A DNA stretch of 63,926 nucleotides, counting the filler, from Octopus bimaculoides (taxonomy: Eukaryota), in NCBI RefSeq assembly GCF_001194135.2. It is 8 parts of 8 records of this genome, joined end to end, with 100 filler letters (N's around TTAATTAATTAA, not from the genome) between each part and the next. Parts side by side here need not be neighbours in the genome. Positions count along the whole stretch, not along the records: positions 62,527 to 63,926 come from NC_068994.1; 7 more parts are not named here. One strand, given 5' to 3'. The position numbers were made by a program, and so were the translations under genes. The notes beneath the pieces were generated by a model that ran no database searches, was not told the origin of the DNA, and saw nothing but the letters and a program-made list of their open reading frames with translations. The first letter of the stretch is position 1. The number at the start of each line of letters is the position of its first letter. Below, one piece after another: positions 63,301 through 63,926 of the stretch.

Positions 63301-63889
63301 ACCAAAAGGATCGATTCTTGAAGAGTCTACATACCTTCACTGTCGTTTTTTTCTGCTATTTTGGTGATGATTTTTTGAGTTAGCTTACCAATTATTTTTG
63401 TTGGTAATTAATTTATAATATATTGATATACATACACACACACATATATATATAGTGTATAGACGTGTCTGTTTATAATATGTGTATATATAAGTGTGTA
63501 TGTGTGTGTATGTGTGTGTGTATGCGAGTGTGTGTGGGTGTGTGTGTATGTGTGCATGTATGCGTTTATGTGCCTGTTGTTATTCACGCTGTGTCCCTTT
63601 CATGTCCCGAAACCTACAAATTCAGGAATTAGAGATCGATAAAATAAGACCCAAACTAGAATAAATATACAAGGTTTGATATGATAAACTGAACTTTTAA
63701 AGGCGATGCCCCAGCATGACCGCAGTCCAATAACTACACCTATTAACATGATAATAGAAGTTCAAAAATAAATATGCATTAATAAGTTTCTTGTGTGTGT
63801 TTGTGTTTGTGTGCGCGCATGCGTATGGATTCTTTGTGTGAGTAATGGACGTATGTACTTTTGCACAATGCACTTTATATGCGTATATA

Positions 63890-63926
<37 letters not shown>

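Overview
AT-rich, microsatellite-dense eukaryotic genomic DNA from a gapped short-read assembly. The repeat families look like those of octopus/coleoid cephalopods (inference, no search run). The window is not one contiguous locus: seven identical 100-bp spacers (44 N + TTAATTAATTAA + 44 N) split it into eight blocks whose adjacency is unproven. Real coding content is small. There are two plus-strand exons of an axonemal outer-arm beta-type dynein heavy chain (DNAH9/11/17 family; 20514-20708 and 31073-31283, AAA1-AAA2 junction with the second P-loop). There is also one probable first coding exon of an unidentified secreted or membrane protein on the minus strand (14823-14701). The rest is decayed mobile DNA: tRNA-derived SINEs, RTE-type LINEs and their 3' tails, a BovB-like RTE, a CR1/L2-like fragment, Penelope-like elements, a Tc1 (DD34E), a mariner, Helitron remnants, and simple repeats. 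Nearly all ORFs in the supplied track are artefacts of N-runs or microsatellites. The most interesting signal is a cluster of type I hammerhead-ribozyme motifs in the dynein intron (27.4-28.3 kb). One motif is apparently intact, and two sit in the arms of a ~600-bp palindrome, each broken in a different half of the catalytic core.
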